Below, piece after piece: positions 46,532 to 55,981 of a stretch of 64,000 bases of DNA. The position numbers and the translations under genes are program-made. Source of the stretch: Flavobacteriales bacterium (GTDB lineage: Bacteria > Bacteroidota > Bacteroidia > Flavobacteriales_F > PHOS-HE28); contig JAEUSW010000089.1 of the NCBI GenBank assembly GCA_016788285.1, positions 11,211 through 75,210 on the forward strand, written 5' to 3'. The notes under the pieces are model-generated. The model searched no databases. It saw only the letters and a program-made list of their open reading frames with translations, and had not been told where the DNA came from. Each line of letters begins with the position of its first letter. The first letter of the stretch is position 1.

Positions 46532-48104
46532 GCCAGCGCCCGCCGAACACGAAGAGGGCGGCGTACAGGGCGAAGAAGGTCGCCCCCGTCTGGGTCTCCA
46601 GGGTGTCCTCCGTGAGGCACGACACCAGGAAGATGGCCGCCCACGCCGCGAAGACCGGGTGCCGCCAGGCGCGGAACGCCACCACCGGCGCCACCCAGCC
46701 GGCCAGGATGAACAACAGGCCCGGCAGGCCGAAGCTGATGAGCAGCGTGAGGAACTCGTTGTGAGCGCGGTTCCGCCAGGCGCTGTCCAGCGGGCTCTGC
46801 AGTTCCGCATAGGCCTGTGCGAACGCCGGCCGCGTATCACCCGTGCCCACGCCCGTCCACACGTGCTGTCGGGCGATCCACCAGCCCGTCCGCCAATAGG
46901 CCAGCCGCATGGTGAGGCTGTGGCCGTTGGGATCGCCGATGGCCCGGTAGCGGTCGAGCTCCATCCGCAGTTGTTCCAAGCGGGCGACCAGGAGTGGCTG
47001 GCGCCCGGTACGCACGCTGGGCACGCCCTGTTCGATGCGGCGCACATCCTCATCGGTCAGCCCCAGAAGGCCCACCGAATCCTTCCTGAGCCCTTTGCTG
47101 GCCATGTAGCGCACCAAGGTGCCGCGCAGGAGCTGTCCGCGGGCGTCCTTGTCGTAAAGTCCCCTGCGGCTGCGGCGTGCCCAGCCCCGCTCGAGCTCCT
47201 CCTTGGCCACGTGCACCCACACCGGGTGGCCGTTCTCCCATTGCGGGTCGGCGACATCGTGGTAGTAGGGCTCGCCGCCGGCGCTGCGCTCTCCGAGGTC
47301 CTCGACCCGCAGCGGGGTGTACGGGCGTGGCCGGAGCATGCCGAACAGGATCGACAGCGCTGCGACGGGCACCAGCACAAGCGCCGCCCGGATCGACCAG
47401 CGGACCAGTGGGCGTGCACCGCCCACACCGCGCCACGCCAACACCACGAGCGCCGCGCACAAGGTGCTCAGGCCGCTGAGGCTGCCGATCCCCAGCAGGA
47501 AGCCCACGGCCCAGGTCGCGCCGAGACCATGCACGGCGCGCAGCCACCGCTGGGGCGGACGGTCCAGGATGAACACGCAGCCCGCGAGCGCTAGGAGCAG
47601 CCCCAGCCGCACATGGCTGATGAAGATGCTGACCGCGCGATGGTCACCGCTCTGCAGATGGCCGCCCGCCACGACCAGGCACACCACCGTGCTGGCCACC
47701 ACGCTCCAGGCCCCGGTGCGCAGCACATCGCGGATGGCCCGTTCACCCATGGGCGGCGAAGTGGACAGCACCACGCCGAAGACGAGCACAGGGAGGAGGA
47801 TGCGGGTGAGGTCGAACGCCCAGGCGCGGTCCTCGGACCAGATAATGCCCGCTGCGTGCAGCAGGAAGGTGCCGATGAAGGCCAGCGTCCAGGGTCCGGT
47901 GAACGCCTGGCGGAAGCGCCTCCCTAGGGAGCGGGCGGCCAGGCCCTCACCCAGCCAGCCCAACACCATCAGGATCTGGGCGTTGCTCAGCAGCACGTTG
48001 TTCCACGGCAGGGCGGCCGCCGCGATGAACAGGCCTGCCATGCGCACCAGACCGAAGCGCCGGACCCAGGCATCCGCCGGGCTCGCAGCGGCCATCCGCC
48101 GCAT
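46473..48104 (-). CDS. O-antigen ligase (Wzy_C) family membrane protein
   Basis: Polytopic protein with AHNEFLTLLISFGLPG and ...CLTEDTLETQTG. The start was chosen at the ATG at 48104 (MRRMAAAS) to avoid overlap with the S41 gene. The track ORF extends to 48146. Confidence 0.75.
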   Translation of the reverse strand: MRRMAAASPADAWVRRFGLVRMAGLFIAAAALPWNNVLLSNAQILMVLGWLGEGLAARSLGRRFRQAFTGPWTLAFIGTFLLHAAGIIWSEDRAWAFDLTRILLPVLVFGVVLSTSPPMGERAIRDVLRTGAWSVVASTVVCLVVAGGHLQSGDHRAVSIFISHVRLGLLLALAGCVFILDRPPQRWLRAVHGLGATWAVGFLLGIGSLSGLSTLCAALVVLAWRGVGGARPLVRWSIRAALVLVPVAALSILFGMLRPRPYTPLRVEDLGERSAGGEPYYHDVADPQWENGHPVWVHVAKEELERGWARRSRRGLYDKDARGQLLRGTLVRYMASKGLRKDSVGLLGLTDEDVRRIEQGVPSVRTGRQPLLVARLEQLRMELDRYRAIGDPNGHSLTMRLAYWRTGWWIARQHVWTGVGTGDTRPAFAQAYAELQSPLDSAWRNRAHNEFLTLLISFGLPGLLFILAGWVAPVVAFRAWRHPVFAAWAAIFLVSCLTEDTLETQTGATFFALYAALFVFGGRWLNAQAGLQAAPPHAPERSA

Positions 48105-48108
48105 CAGC

Positions 48109-49776
48109 TCAGGGCTTGCCGCCGGAGAGGATCCCGGAATAGCCACCGTCGGTCAGGACCTTCACCGCGGCCTGCACATAGGGATCGGTGACGAGCGCCG
48201 CCTTGGCCCGGCCCGTCTGCAGGTCGTACCGGGACACGATCTCGTTCCGCAGCATCTCCTCCACATCCGCCCGGAACAGGTCGAGCTCCTCGGACGGGTC
48301 CGGAGCGAGCTCCTTCTTGAGCTCCTCAAAGGCCTTTTGCGCGTGGCCGTAGTACCGCTCCTTGCGCGCCACCTCCTCCAGCTTGGCATAGGCCTCCATG
48401 CTCTCGGTGTCGTAGGTGAAGCTGCGCGACCGGGCGAACTCCGTGAACCGGTGATAGAGCTCGTCGCTGATGGCGAACCGCTCCGGCGGGCCGATGCTGT
48501 CGTGCGTGCGCCGGTAATCCGTGGCGAAGTCGAACAGGATGTCCTCCGCGTACAGGCCGCCCACCACCTTGGCCAGCTCGGGCTCGGTGACGGGCACATC
48601 GGGCAGGATGCCCCGACCGTCGTACACCGTGCGGCCGTTCCGGGTCTTGAAGGCCACCAGGTTCGTGTCCGTGCGCACGGTGGCCTTGCCGCTGCTGTCG
48701 CGGTGGGCATAGTCCAGCTTCTGGATGCAGCGTCCGCTCGGGATGTAGTACTTGGCCACGGTGACCTTCAGCTTGCTGTTGTAGAACAGGTCGCGCGTCT
48801 GCTGAACGAGCCCCTTGCCGAAGGTGCGCTCGCCCACCACCACGGCACGGTCCAGGTCCTGCAGCGCGCCGCTGACGATCTCGCTGGCGCTGGCCGAGCC
48901 ACCGTCGACCAGCACCACCAGCGGCATGGTCGCGTCCTCCGGCTCACTGAGCGTGCGGTAGCTCTTGTCCCACTCGGCGATGCGGCCTTTGGTCTCCACC
49001 ACCGGCTCGTTCTTGGGCACGAAGAGGTTGACGATGTTCACCGCTTCGCGCAACAGGCCGCCGCCATTGCCGCGCAGGTCGAGGATGAGGTGGCGCGCCC
49101 CCTCCTGCTTGAGCTGCTTCATGGCGCTGCGCACATCGGCGCTCGCGGTCTGGGTGAAGCTGTTGAGCTTGATGTAGCCCACCATGTGGGTGGCGTCCAC
49201 GATGCCCTTGTAGGGCACGTCCGGGATCTTGATCTCCTCCCGCGTGAGCAGCTTCTCCGATGGCTCGGCGGTGCCCCGTTTGAGCAGCACGCGCACCGGG
49301 GTGCCGGCCTGCCCCTTCAGCAGCTTGCTCACTTCCTCGGTGTCGAGGCCGCGCACCTTCCGGCCGTCCACCTCCAGGATCTCGTCGCCGGCCCAGATGC
49401 CCGCCTTCGCCGCAGGGAAGCCCTCGTACGGCTCGCTGATCACCATGCCATCGCCCTGGCGCTTGATGAGCGCGCCGATGCCCCCGTACTGCCCCGTGGT
49501 CTGGAAGCGGTACTCCTCGATGTCGCTTTCCGGGATGTACTGCGTGTAGGGGTCCAGCGAGGAGAGCATCGCATCGATGCCCGTCTTCATCAGCGTGCCG
49601 GGCTTGGTGTCCTCGACGTAGTAGACGTTGAGCTCCTTGTAGAGCTCGGTGAAGATCTCCAGGTTCTTGGAGATCTCGAAGTAGTTGTCGCCCGCAGCGA
49701 TGGTGAGGGCGCCGGAAGCGGCCAAGGCGCCACCGATGATCCAGGTGCGCAGGCGGGGGTTGCGGGGAGCGTTCAT
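48109..49776 (-). CDS. S41-family C-terminal processing peptidase
   Basis: PDZ segment, the blocks LILDLRGNGGGLL and GGSASASEIVSGALQD...GERTFGKGLVQ; 555 aa from the ATG at 49776. Confidence 0.88.
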   Translation of the reverse strand: MNAPRNPRLRTWIIGGALAASGALTIAAGDNYFEISKNLEIFTELYKELNVYYVEDTKPGTLMKTGIDAMLSSLDPYTQYIPESDIEEYRFQTTGQYGGIGALIKRQGDGMVISEPYEGFPAAKAGIWAGDEILEVDGRKVRGLDTEEVSKLLKGQAGTPVRVLLKRGTAEPSEKLLTREEIKIPDVPYKGIVDATHMVGYIKLNSFTQTASADVRSAMKQLKQEGARHLILDLRGNGGGLLREAVNIVNLFVPKNEPVVETKGRIAEWDKSYRTLSEPEDATMPLVVLVDGGSASASEIVSGALQDLDRAVVVGERTFGKGLVQQTRDLFYNSKLKVTVAKYYIPSGRCIQKLDYAHRDSSGKATVRTDTNLVAFKTRNGRTVYDGRGILPDVPVTEPELAKVVGGLYAEDILFDFATDYRRTHDSIGPPERFAISDELYHRFTEFARSRSFTYDTESMEAYAKLEEVARKERYYGHAQKAFEELKKELAPDPSEELDLFRADVEEMLRNEIVSRYDLQTGRAKAALVTDPYVQAAVKVLTDGGYSGILSGGKP

Positions 49777-49790
49777 GGGGAAATGGGGCT

Positions 49791-50012
49791 TCAGGGGACG
49801 GGGTCGTGGCCATGCCCGCCCCAGGGATGACAAGATAGGAAGCGCTTGAGGGTGAGCCAGCCGCCGCGGAAGGGACCATGGCGGCGGAGGGCCTCCACGC
49901 CGTAGGTGCTGCAGCTGGGTGTGTACCGGCAGGCGCCGGGCAGCAGCGGCGACAGGGTGAACTGGTACAGGCGGATGAGGCCGATCATGGCGGTGGTGAG
50001 CAGCCTACGCAT
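49791..50012 (-). CDS. yidD: Membrane protein insertion efficiency factor YidD
   Basis: [33 protein letters not shown]...G..L...R...CHPWG; 73 aa. Confidence 0.9.
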   Translation of the reverse strand: MRRLLTTAMIGLIRLYQFTLSPLLPGACRYTPSCSTYGVEALRRHGPFRGGWLTLKRFLSCHPWGGHGHDPVP

Positions 50013-50388
50013 GTTCCTTGAACCAACGGTCGAGCGCGCGGATCATTTTGCCCTCCACCTCGGCATAGCCCGGCACGGCCCGGCCCTGGAGCACGAAGAG
50101 CCAGCCGCATGAGCGGCCGAGCTGGCGCAGCCGGTCGTGGTAGATGTGCTTGTGCAGACGGTAGGCCTCCCGCATGCGGCGACGGGCCCGGTTGCGGTCC
50201 ACCGCCCGCGGAAGGTTGCGCTTGGGCACGGCGAAGGCCACCTGGGCGGGTACGGGGGCGTCGAGCTCCATGAACAGACCGATGAGGCGGAACGGGGGCA
50301 TGTGCACCGAGCGTCCCTCGGCGATCAGCCGCTGGATGCGCGGACGGCCACGCAGTCGCTCCTGCTTGGGGAAGGTATGACGCTCCAT
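50005..50388 (-). CDS. rnpA: Ribonuclease P protein component
   Basis: 127 aa from the ATG at 50388 ([21 protein letters not shown]...FAVPKR...[16 protein letters not shown]). This is the lower part of track ORF 50005..50970. It lies directly upstream of yidD. Confidence 0.85.
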   Translation of the reverse strand: MERHTFPKQERLRGRPRIQRLIAEGRSVHMPPFRLIGLFMELDAPVPAQVAFAVPKRNLPRAVDRNRARRRMREAYRLHKHIYHDRLRQLGRSCGWLFVLQGRAVPGYAEVEGKMIRALDRWFKEHA

Positions 50389-50422
50389 GCCGGACTGGTG
50401 GGCCCGGAAGGCCGGGACGTTA

Positions 50423-50441
50423 GCCCCGTGACGTCCGGGGC
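50423..50441. terminator. Hairpin immediately after the hemD-like stop
   Basis: GCCCCG-TGACGTC-CGGGGC, a 6-bp stem with no U-tract in the minus-strand reading direction. Confidence 0.2.
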
Positions 50442-51191
50442 TTATTTCTTCTTGCCGAGCCTCTTGATGTACAGCTCGATGGCCCCCGTCATGCTCGGGG
50501 CCTCCGGCAGGGGGGCCTCGATGTCGAGCCGCAGACCGGCATCGCGCACCGCCTTGCTGGTGGTGGGACCGAACGCCGCGATGACGGTGCCGTTCTGGTC
50601 GAACTTCGGGAAGTTCTTGAACAGGCTCTCGATCCCAGCAGGGCTGAAGAACACCAGCATATCGTACTTCAGGTTCTTCAGGTCGCTGAGGTCGCTGGCC
50701 ACCGTGCGATAGAACACCGCGTTGGTGTACTTGACCCCTGCTTTGTCCAGCAGCGCGGGGATCTCCGCCTTCTGGATGTCGCTGCACGGCACCAGGTACA
50801 CCTCGTCCTTGTGCTTCTTGATCACGTCCAGCAGGTCCTGGAAGGTGTTCTTGCCGATGAAGACCTTGCGCTTGCGGTACACGATGTACTTCTGCACGTA
50901 ATACGCCACGCTCTCGCTGACGCAGAAGTACTTCATGCTCTCCGGCACCGTGAGCCGGAGCTCCTTGCACATCCGGAAGAAATGGTCCACCGCATTGCGG
51001 CTGGTGAGCACGATGGCCGAGTGGTCCAGGATGTTGATGCGCTCCTGCCGGAAGTCCTGTGCAGGAACGGCCTCCACCTTGATGAACGGCTTGAAGTCGA
51101 TCTTTAGGCCGTACTTCCTGCCGAGCTCGTGGTACGGGGACTTGACGTCCGTGGGTTCCGGCTGCGAAACGAGGATGGTCTTGATCTTCAA
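50442..51191 (-). CDS. Uroporphyrinogen-III synthase (HemD) family protein
   Basis: 249-aa track ORF. Its pattern and its position next to a DUF4271-like gene match what I recall for the HemD-family gene of Bacteroidota. The functional assignment is weak. Confidence 0.55.
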   Translation of the reverse strand: MKIKTILVSQPEPTDVKSPYHELGRKYGLKIDFKPFIKVEAVPAQDFRQERINILDHSAIVLTSRNAVDHFFRMCKELRLTVPESMKYFCVSESVAYYVQKYIVYRKRKVFIGKNTFQDLLDVIKKHKDEVYLVPCSDIQKAEIPALLDKAGVKYTNAVFYRTVASDLSDLKNLKYDMLVFFSPAGIESLFKNFPKFDQNGTVIAAFGPTTSKAVRDAGLRLDIEAPLPEAPSMTGAIELYIKRLGKKK

Positions 51192-51201
51192 GGCCGCTCG
51201 G

Positions 51202-51882
51202 TTAGTGAAGTTGGAACGCGGATGGGCCGGAACGCTGGAGGGTCTGGAGAACGAGGAACACCGGCAGGATCTCGGCGGCGCAAAGGTACAGGAAAATGTG
51301 CCTGAACGGGACCCCCGCCGATCGCCCGATGAGCCCTGCCCGGCCCCACCGGAGGAGCACGATCACCGAGGCGATCACCCCGCCCATCGGCAGCAGCACG
51401 GACCTCATCTCCGGCCGATAGGCCACCAGCACCGCCACGGGCAGCAGGGCCGCCCCCAGCACCAGATGATCGATCACCCAGGTGTAGGTGTACTCCTGCA
51501 GCCCGCCATCGCCCTGGAAGAGCCAGCCCAGTGCACGGAGCAGGAACACCTGAGCGAGCACCATCACCAGCAGCAGGGCCACCACGATGACGTAGCCCCC
51601 CGGACCCGCGTCGGCGATGCCGCGGATCACCAGCACCTGATGCAGGAACAACCCCAGGCCCGCCAGCAGCGCCGCCAGCAGTCCCAGCATCGAACGGTCC
51701 TGGAGGTCGATGTCCTCGCGCAGGCTCCGCCGACTGATGCGTGCGCCGAACGCCCCGTTGAGGAGCAGACCCCATTTGCGGGGCGACACGACGTTCGTCC
51801 ACGCGAGCTGCATCAGCACGGCCAGGAGCACGAGCACCACCCAATCGGCGCTCAAGGGGTCGTGGATCCGTGGTTCACCCAT
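51202..51882 (-). CDS. DUF4271-like polytopic membrane protein
   Basis: 226-aa track ORF with about 6 hydrophobic helices. Synteny with the hemD-like gene. Confidence 0.55.
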   Translation of the reverse strand: MGEPRIHDPLSADWVVLVLLAVLMQLAWTNVVSPRKWGLLLNGAFGARISRRSLREDIDLQDRSMLGLLAALLAGLGLFLHQVLVIRGIADAGPGGYVIVVALLLVMVLAQVFLLRALGWLFQGDGGLQEYTYTWVIDHLVLGAALLPVAVLVAYRPEMRSVLLPMGGVIASVIVLLRWGRAGLIGRSAGVPFRHIFLYLCAAEILPVFLVLQTLQRSGPSAFQLH

Positions 51883-51892
51883 GGCCGGCGGG

Positions 51893-51900
51893 CAAAGGTA
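51893..51900 (-). promoter_or_regulatory. -7 box TACCTTTG (perfect) for the DUF4271/hemD-like operon
   Basis: Reverse complement of caaaggta, only 10 nt upstream of the ATG at 51882. Confidence 0.4.
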
Positions 51901-51926
51901 TCCGGCGGCGCCGGGGGTGGGCGTGC

Positions 51927-51934
51927 TACTTTTG
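51927..51934 (+). promoter_or_regulatory. -7 box TACTTTTG (perfect) for the acyl-CoA dehydrogenase gene
   Basis: 46 nt upstream of the ATG at 51981. Back-to-back with the box at 51893-51900. Confidence 0.4.
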
Positions 51935-51980
51935 CGGCCCCGGTGGGCGGCCAGGCCGACACCGCGAACACCCCCGCAGC

Positions 51981-53201
51981 ATGTCCACCACCTCCGCCAA
52001 CGGCACCGCGGCCAAAGCCGCCACCGATCTGTTCCAGCACCACGACCACTACCTGGTGGACGAACTGCTCACCGAGGAGCAGAAGCTGATCCGCGACACG
52101 GCGCGCAAGCACGTGAGCAAGCACCTCAAGCCCATCATCGAGGAGCGCTTCGAGAAGGCGGAGTTCAGCAAGGACATCATCCCCGGGCTGGCCGAGATCG
52201 GCGCCTTCGGCCCCTTCGTGCCCGAACAGTACGGCGGCCCCGGCCTGGACCAGATCAGCTACGGCCTGATCATGCAGGAGATCGAGCGCTGCGACAGCGG
52301 CCTGCGCAGCCTGTGCAGCGTCCAGGGCTCGCTGGCCATGTACCCCATCTGGAAGTACGGCAGCGAGGAGCAGAAGAAGAAGTGGCTGCCCGACATGGTG
52401 CAGGGCAGGAAGATCGGCTGCTTCGGCCTCACCGAGCCCGACTTCGGCAGCAACCCCAGCGGCATGGTCACCACCTTCAAGGACATGGGCGACCACTACC
52501 TGTTGAACGGCGCCAAGATGTGGATCAGCAACGCGCCCTTCGCCGACCTGGCCATCGTGTGGGCCAAGGCCGAGAACACCGAGGGCCGCATCCACGGCCT
52601 CATCGTGGAGCGGGGCATGGAGGGCTTCACCACGCCCACCACGCACGGCAAGCTCAGCCTGCGCGCCAGCCCCACCGGCGAGCTGGTGTTCGACAATGTG
52701 AAGGTGCCCAAGGGCAACCTGCTGCCCCACAAGAACGGCCTGGGCGCCCCCATGGGCTGCCTGGACAGCGCGCGCTACGGCATCGCCTGGGGCACCCTGG
52801 GCGTGGCCATGGAGTGCTATGACGTGGCCCTGCGCTACAGCAAGCAGCGCATCCAGTTCGGCAAGCCCATCGGCGCCTTCCAGCTCACCCAGAAGAAGCT
52901 GGCCGAGATGATCACGGAGATCACCAAGGCCCAGCTGCTCACCTGGCGCCTCGGCGTGCTGCGCAGCGAGGGCCGCGCCACCACCCAGCAGATCAGCATG
53001 GCGAAGCGCAACAACGTGCACCTGGCGCTCACCGTGGCGCGCGAGGCGCGGCAGATCCTCGGCGGCATGGGCATCACCAACGAGTACCCCATCATGCGCC
53101 ACATGATGAACCTGGAGAGCGTGGTGACCTACGAGGGCACGCACGACATCCACCTGCTGATCACCGGCGCGGAGGTGACCGGCATCCCGGCGTACAAGTA
53201 A
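51981..53201 (+). CDS. Glutaryl-CoA dehydrogenase-like acyl-CoA dehydrogenase
   Basis: GCFGLTEPDFGSNP, LNGAKMWISNAPFADL, and ...YEGTHDIHLLITG; 406 aa from the ATG at 51981. Confidence 0.85.
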   Translation: MSTTSANGTAAKAATDLFQHHDHYLVDELLTEEQKLIRDTARKHVSKHLKPIIEERFEKAEFSKDIIPGLAEIGAFGPFVPEQYGGPGLDQISYGLIMQEIERCDSGLRSLCSVQGSLAMYPIWKYGSEEQKKKWLPDMVQGRKIGCFGLTEPDFGSNPSGMVTTFKDMGDHYLLNGAKMWISNAPFADLAIVWAKAENTEGRIHGLIVERGMEGFTTPTTHGKLSLRASPTGELVFDNVKVPKGNLLPHKNGLGAPMGCLDSARYGIAWGTLGVAMECYDVALRYSKQRIQFGKPIGAFQLTQKKLAEMITEITKAQLLTWRLGVLRSEGRATTQQISMAKRNNVHLALTVAREARQILGGMGITNEYPIMRHMMNLESVVTYEGTHDIHLLITGAEVTGIPAYK

Positions 53202-53359
53202 CGTCGAACAGGCATCCTGCCGGTGCCGATCGTTCGCTCGTGCAGGGCCTCCCTCCGGGGGCCGTGCGCGTTGGCCATGGACGGCGGTCCACATCCGGTT
53301 GTTCGTGCGTGGGTCCCGGGCACGGTAGCGCGGCATTCCCACGGCGCGAGCTTCACGGT

Positions 53360-53971
53360 ATGAAACACCTTGTCGCCGCCGTGGCACTTCTGGTGCTTGG
53401 CCTTCCGGCCAGGGCCCAGGTGACCCTCACCACCTACTATGTGATCCCGCCCACCAACGGCTGCGATGGGCTCGGGGCCTTCGGCCCGGCCAGTGCGTTG
53501 TACCCCGGCGGCTGTTCCGCTCCCTATCTCTATGAGGTGATCCCATCAGGATGCGCGGAGTCGCCGTGGGGATGGCCGCCCTTCTGGGTGTCCAATGACA
53601 CGGTGTACACGAACCTCTGCTCCACTCCCTGCTCCATCACGATGTGGGACTCCGGCGGGCTGCCCTGCGTGATCCTGTGCCAGCTGCCCGGTGGTCTGGG
53701 CCTTTCCACGGCTGCGGACGGACAGGAGGTCGGGCTCAACGTGGCCCCCAACCCGGTCAGCGCCACAGGAGGGCCGGTGGAGCTGAACCTGCGCGGCGAA
53801 GGCTCGGTGACCATCTCCGTGACCGATGGGCTTGGGCGCGTCCTGTTCGCCACGAGGGCGACTTCCGGAACGACCCTGCTCCCCACGACCAGCATGCGAC
53901 CGGGCATCCACCAGGTGCATGCGAGCTGGCCCGATGGACGGAGCGCCACGCTCAGGCTGGTGCTCCAGTGA
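53360..53971 (+). CDS. Small Cys-rich secreted protein with T9SS type-A C-terminal sorting domain
   Basis: Signal peptide MKHLVAAVALLVLGLPARAQ. The C-terminus reads LNVAPNPVSATGGPVELNLRGEGSVTISVTDGLGRVLF...GIHQVHASW.DGRSATLRLVLQ; 203 aa. Confidence 0.75.
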   Translation: MKHLVAAVALLVLGLPARAQVTLTTYYVIPPTNGCDGLGAFGPASALYPGGCSAPYLYEVIPSGCAESPWGWPPFWVSNDTVYTNLCSTPCSITMWDSGGLPCVILCQLPGGLGLSTAADGQEVGLNVAPNPVSATGGPVELNLRGEGSVTISVTDGLGRVLFATRATSGTTLLPTTSMRPGIHQVHASWPDGRSATLRLVLQ

Positions 53972-53983
53972 TGCGAGCGGCCA

Positions 53984-54403
53984 TCACCCCTCCTTCTGGG
54001 TCACTTCCGCCAGCTGCAGTTGCAACCACCGGCGCGCCTCGGTCTCGTCGTTGAACACGCCCGTGCGGAACACCGTGGGGAAGTAGGTGAAGAACAGTTC
54101 GGTGACCATCTCCGCCATGCTGTCGTGCACCACCACGGCCAGGGCACGCAGGGTGTCCTGTCCGCGCTCCGGTCCGAAGTGGTCCACGCCCGTGACCTCC
54201 ATGTCGAAGTCCATGTCCTTGGGGATGATGCTGAGCATGACGCACGGCATGCCCTGGGCCAGTTCGAGCCGCGCGCGCTTGTTCTCCGCAAAACCCGGCA
54301 GGTCGATCCGCTCACCGAGCTTGTAGCGCTGCTCGATGAAGCCCGGGTGCACCAGGGTGATCGTGGCGATGCGGGTCTCGATGCTCCGCGGCGTGTCGCG
54401 CAT
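53984..54403 (-). CDS. Small STAS/SpoIIAA-like-fold protein of unknown function (paralogue of 34045..34455)
   Basis: 139-aa track ORF sharing ...DFDMEVTGVDH... and YFP.....GVFNDETEARRWL with the 34045 gene. Confidence 0.6.
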   Translation of the reverse strand: MRDTPRSIETRIATITLVHPGFIEQRYKLGERIDLPGFAENKRARLELAQGMPCVMLSIIPKDMDFDMEVTGVDHFGPERGQDTLRALAVVVHDSMAEMVTELFFTYFPTVFRTGVFNDETEARRWLQLQLAEVTQKEG

Positions 54404-54410
54404 GGTCTAC

Positions 54411-54418
54411 GAAAGATA
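54411..54418 (-). promoter_or_regulatory. -7-like box TATCTTTC (one mismatch) 7 nt upstream of the start codon
   Basis: Reverse complement of gaaagata. The ATG is at 54403. Confidence 0.3.
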
Positions 54419-54445
54419 CGGTGCCTCATCCCACGGACCTTCGGG

Positions 54446-54453
54446 TAGCTTTG
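54446..54453 (+). promoter_or_regulatory. -7 box TAGCTTTG (perfect) for the MBOAT cluster
   Basis: 79 nt upstream of the ATG at 54533. Confidence 0.35.
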
Positions 54454-54532
54454 GCCGGACATCCCGCGGTCCACACCCGCCCGAACCCGCCCCCGCACCG
54501 GCCCGTAGAAGCCGTTCCGCGCGCTCCACCGC

Positions 54533-55981
54533 ATGCTGTTCAACTCGATCGACTTCGCGGTCTTCCTGCCGATCGTGTTCCTCCTGTACTGGGGGCTCTT
54601 CCGGCGTTCGGTGGCCTGGCGCAACGCCTTCCTCATCCTGGCCGGATGCGTGTTCTACGGCTGGTGGGACTGGCGCTTCCTGGGCCTGTGGCTCTTCACC
54701 GCCGGGGTGGACTACCTGGTGGCCCTGGCCCTGGCCCGCACCGAGGCCCCCGTCGGCCGCAAGCTGCTCATGGGCCTGAGCCTGACGGCCAACCTGGGGC
54801 TGCTCGGCTTCTTCAAGTACTACGACTTCTTCCTGCAGAGCTTCGTGGACGCCTTCACGCTGCTGGGCCGGCCGATCGATGCGCGTCCGCTGGGGCTGGT
54901 GCTTCCCGTGGGCATCAGCTTCTACACCTTCCAGAGCCTGAGCTACACCTTCGATGTGTACCGCAGGCAGCTGCCCGCGGTGCGCGAGGCCACCACCTTT
55001 TTCGCCTTCGTGAGCTTCTTCCCCCAGCTGCTGGCCGGCCCCATCGAGCGGGCCCGCCACATGCTGCCCCAGTTCGGCACCGAGCGCCGCTTCGACGAGG
55101 CCGCGGCGTATGATGGCGTGCGACAGATGCTGTGGGGCCTGTTCAAGAAGGTGGTGGTGGCCGACCACTGCGCCGCCTTCGTGAACCCCGTGTTCGGCGC
55201 CCACGAGACCCACGACGGCAGCACCCTGGCCCTGGCCGTGCTGCTCTTCGCCTTCCAGATCTACGGCGACTTCAGCGGCTACAGCGACATCGCCATCGGC
55301 TGCGCTCGGCTCTTCGGCTTCGAGCTGATGCGCAACTTCGCCTATCCCTACTTCAGCCGCGACATCGCGGAGTTCTGGCGGCGCTGGCACATCAGCCTCA
55401 GCACCTGGTTCCGCGACTACCTCTACATCCCCCTCGGCGGCAGCCGCGGCGGCAAGGCGCGCACCGTGCGCAACGTGCTGATCATCTTCCTGGTGAGCGG
55501 CTTCTGGCATGGCGCCAACTGGACCTTCGTGGCCTGGGGCGCGGTGAACGGCCTGCTCTTCCTGCCGCTGCTGCTGCGCGACACGCACCATGCGATGAGC
55601 GATACGGTGGCCGCCGGGCGCCGGTGGCCCAGCGCCCGTGAAGCCCTGCAGCTGCTCGCCACCTTCCTGCTGGCCTGCTTCGCATGGACCTTCTTCCGCG
55701 CCGAGAGCATGGGACAGGCCGTCGACATCCTGGGCGCCATCGCCTCACCGGGCCTGCTGGAGACGCCGCAGGTCGCCGACCGCAAGGGCCTGGCCTTCGC
55801 GCTGCTCGGCATCGGCATCACGCTCGCCCTGGAGTGGCTGGCCCGCGAACGGCAGCACGGGCTGCACCTCGACGGGCTGCTGCCCCGACCGGTGCGACGA
55901 CTTGTGTACTACGGCCTCATCGCCGTGCTCACCCTCACCGCACCGCTGGGGGGCGGCGAGTTCATCTACTTCCAGTTCTGA
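54533..55981 (+). CDS. MBOAT-family membrane O-acyltransferase (AlgI/DltB/PatA-like), copy 1
   Basis: MLFNSIDFAVFLPIV...GISFYTFQSLSYTFDVY...FWRRWHISLSTWFRDYLYIPLGG...FLVSGFWHGA; 482 aa. Confidence 0.9.
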   Translation: MLFNSIDFAVFLPIVFLLYWGLFRRSVAWRNAFLILAGCVFYGWWDWRFLGLWLFTAGVDYLVALALARTEAPVGRKLLMGLSLTANLGLLGFFKYYDFFLQSFVDAFTLLGRPIDARPLGLVLPVGISFYTFQSLSYTFDVYRRQLPAVREATTFFAFVSFFPQLLAGPIERARHMLPQFGTERRFDEAAAYDGVRQMLWGLFKKVVVADHCAAFVNPVFGAHETHDGSTLALAVLLFAFQIYGDFSGYSDIAIGCARLFGFELMRNFAYPYFSRDIAEFWRRWHISLSTWFRDYLYIPLGGSRGGKARTVRNVLIIFLVSGFWHGANWTFVAWGAVNGLLFLPLLLRDTHHAMSDTVAAGRRWPSAREALQLLATFLLACFAWTFFRAESMGQAVDILGAIASPGLLETPQVADRKGLAFALLGIGITLALEWLARERQHGLHLDGLLPRPVRRLVYYGLIAVLTLTAPLGGGEFIYFQF

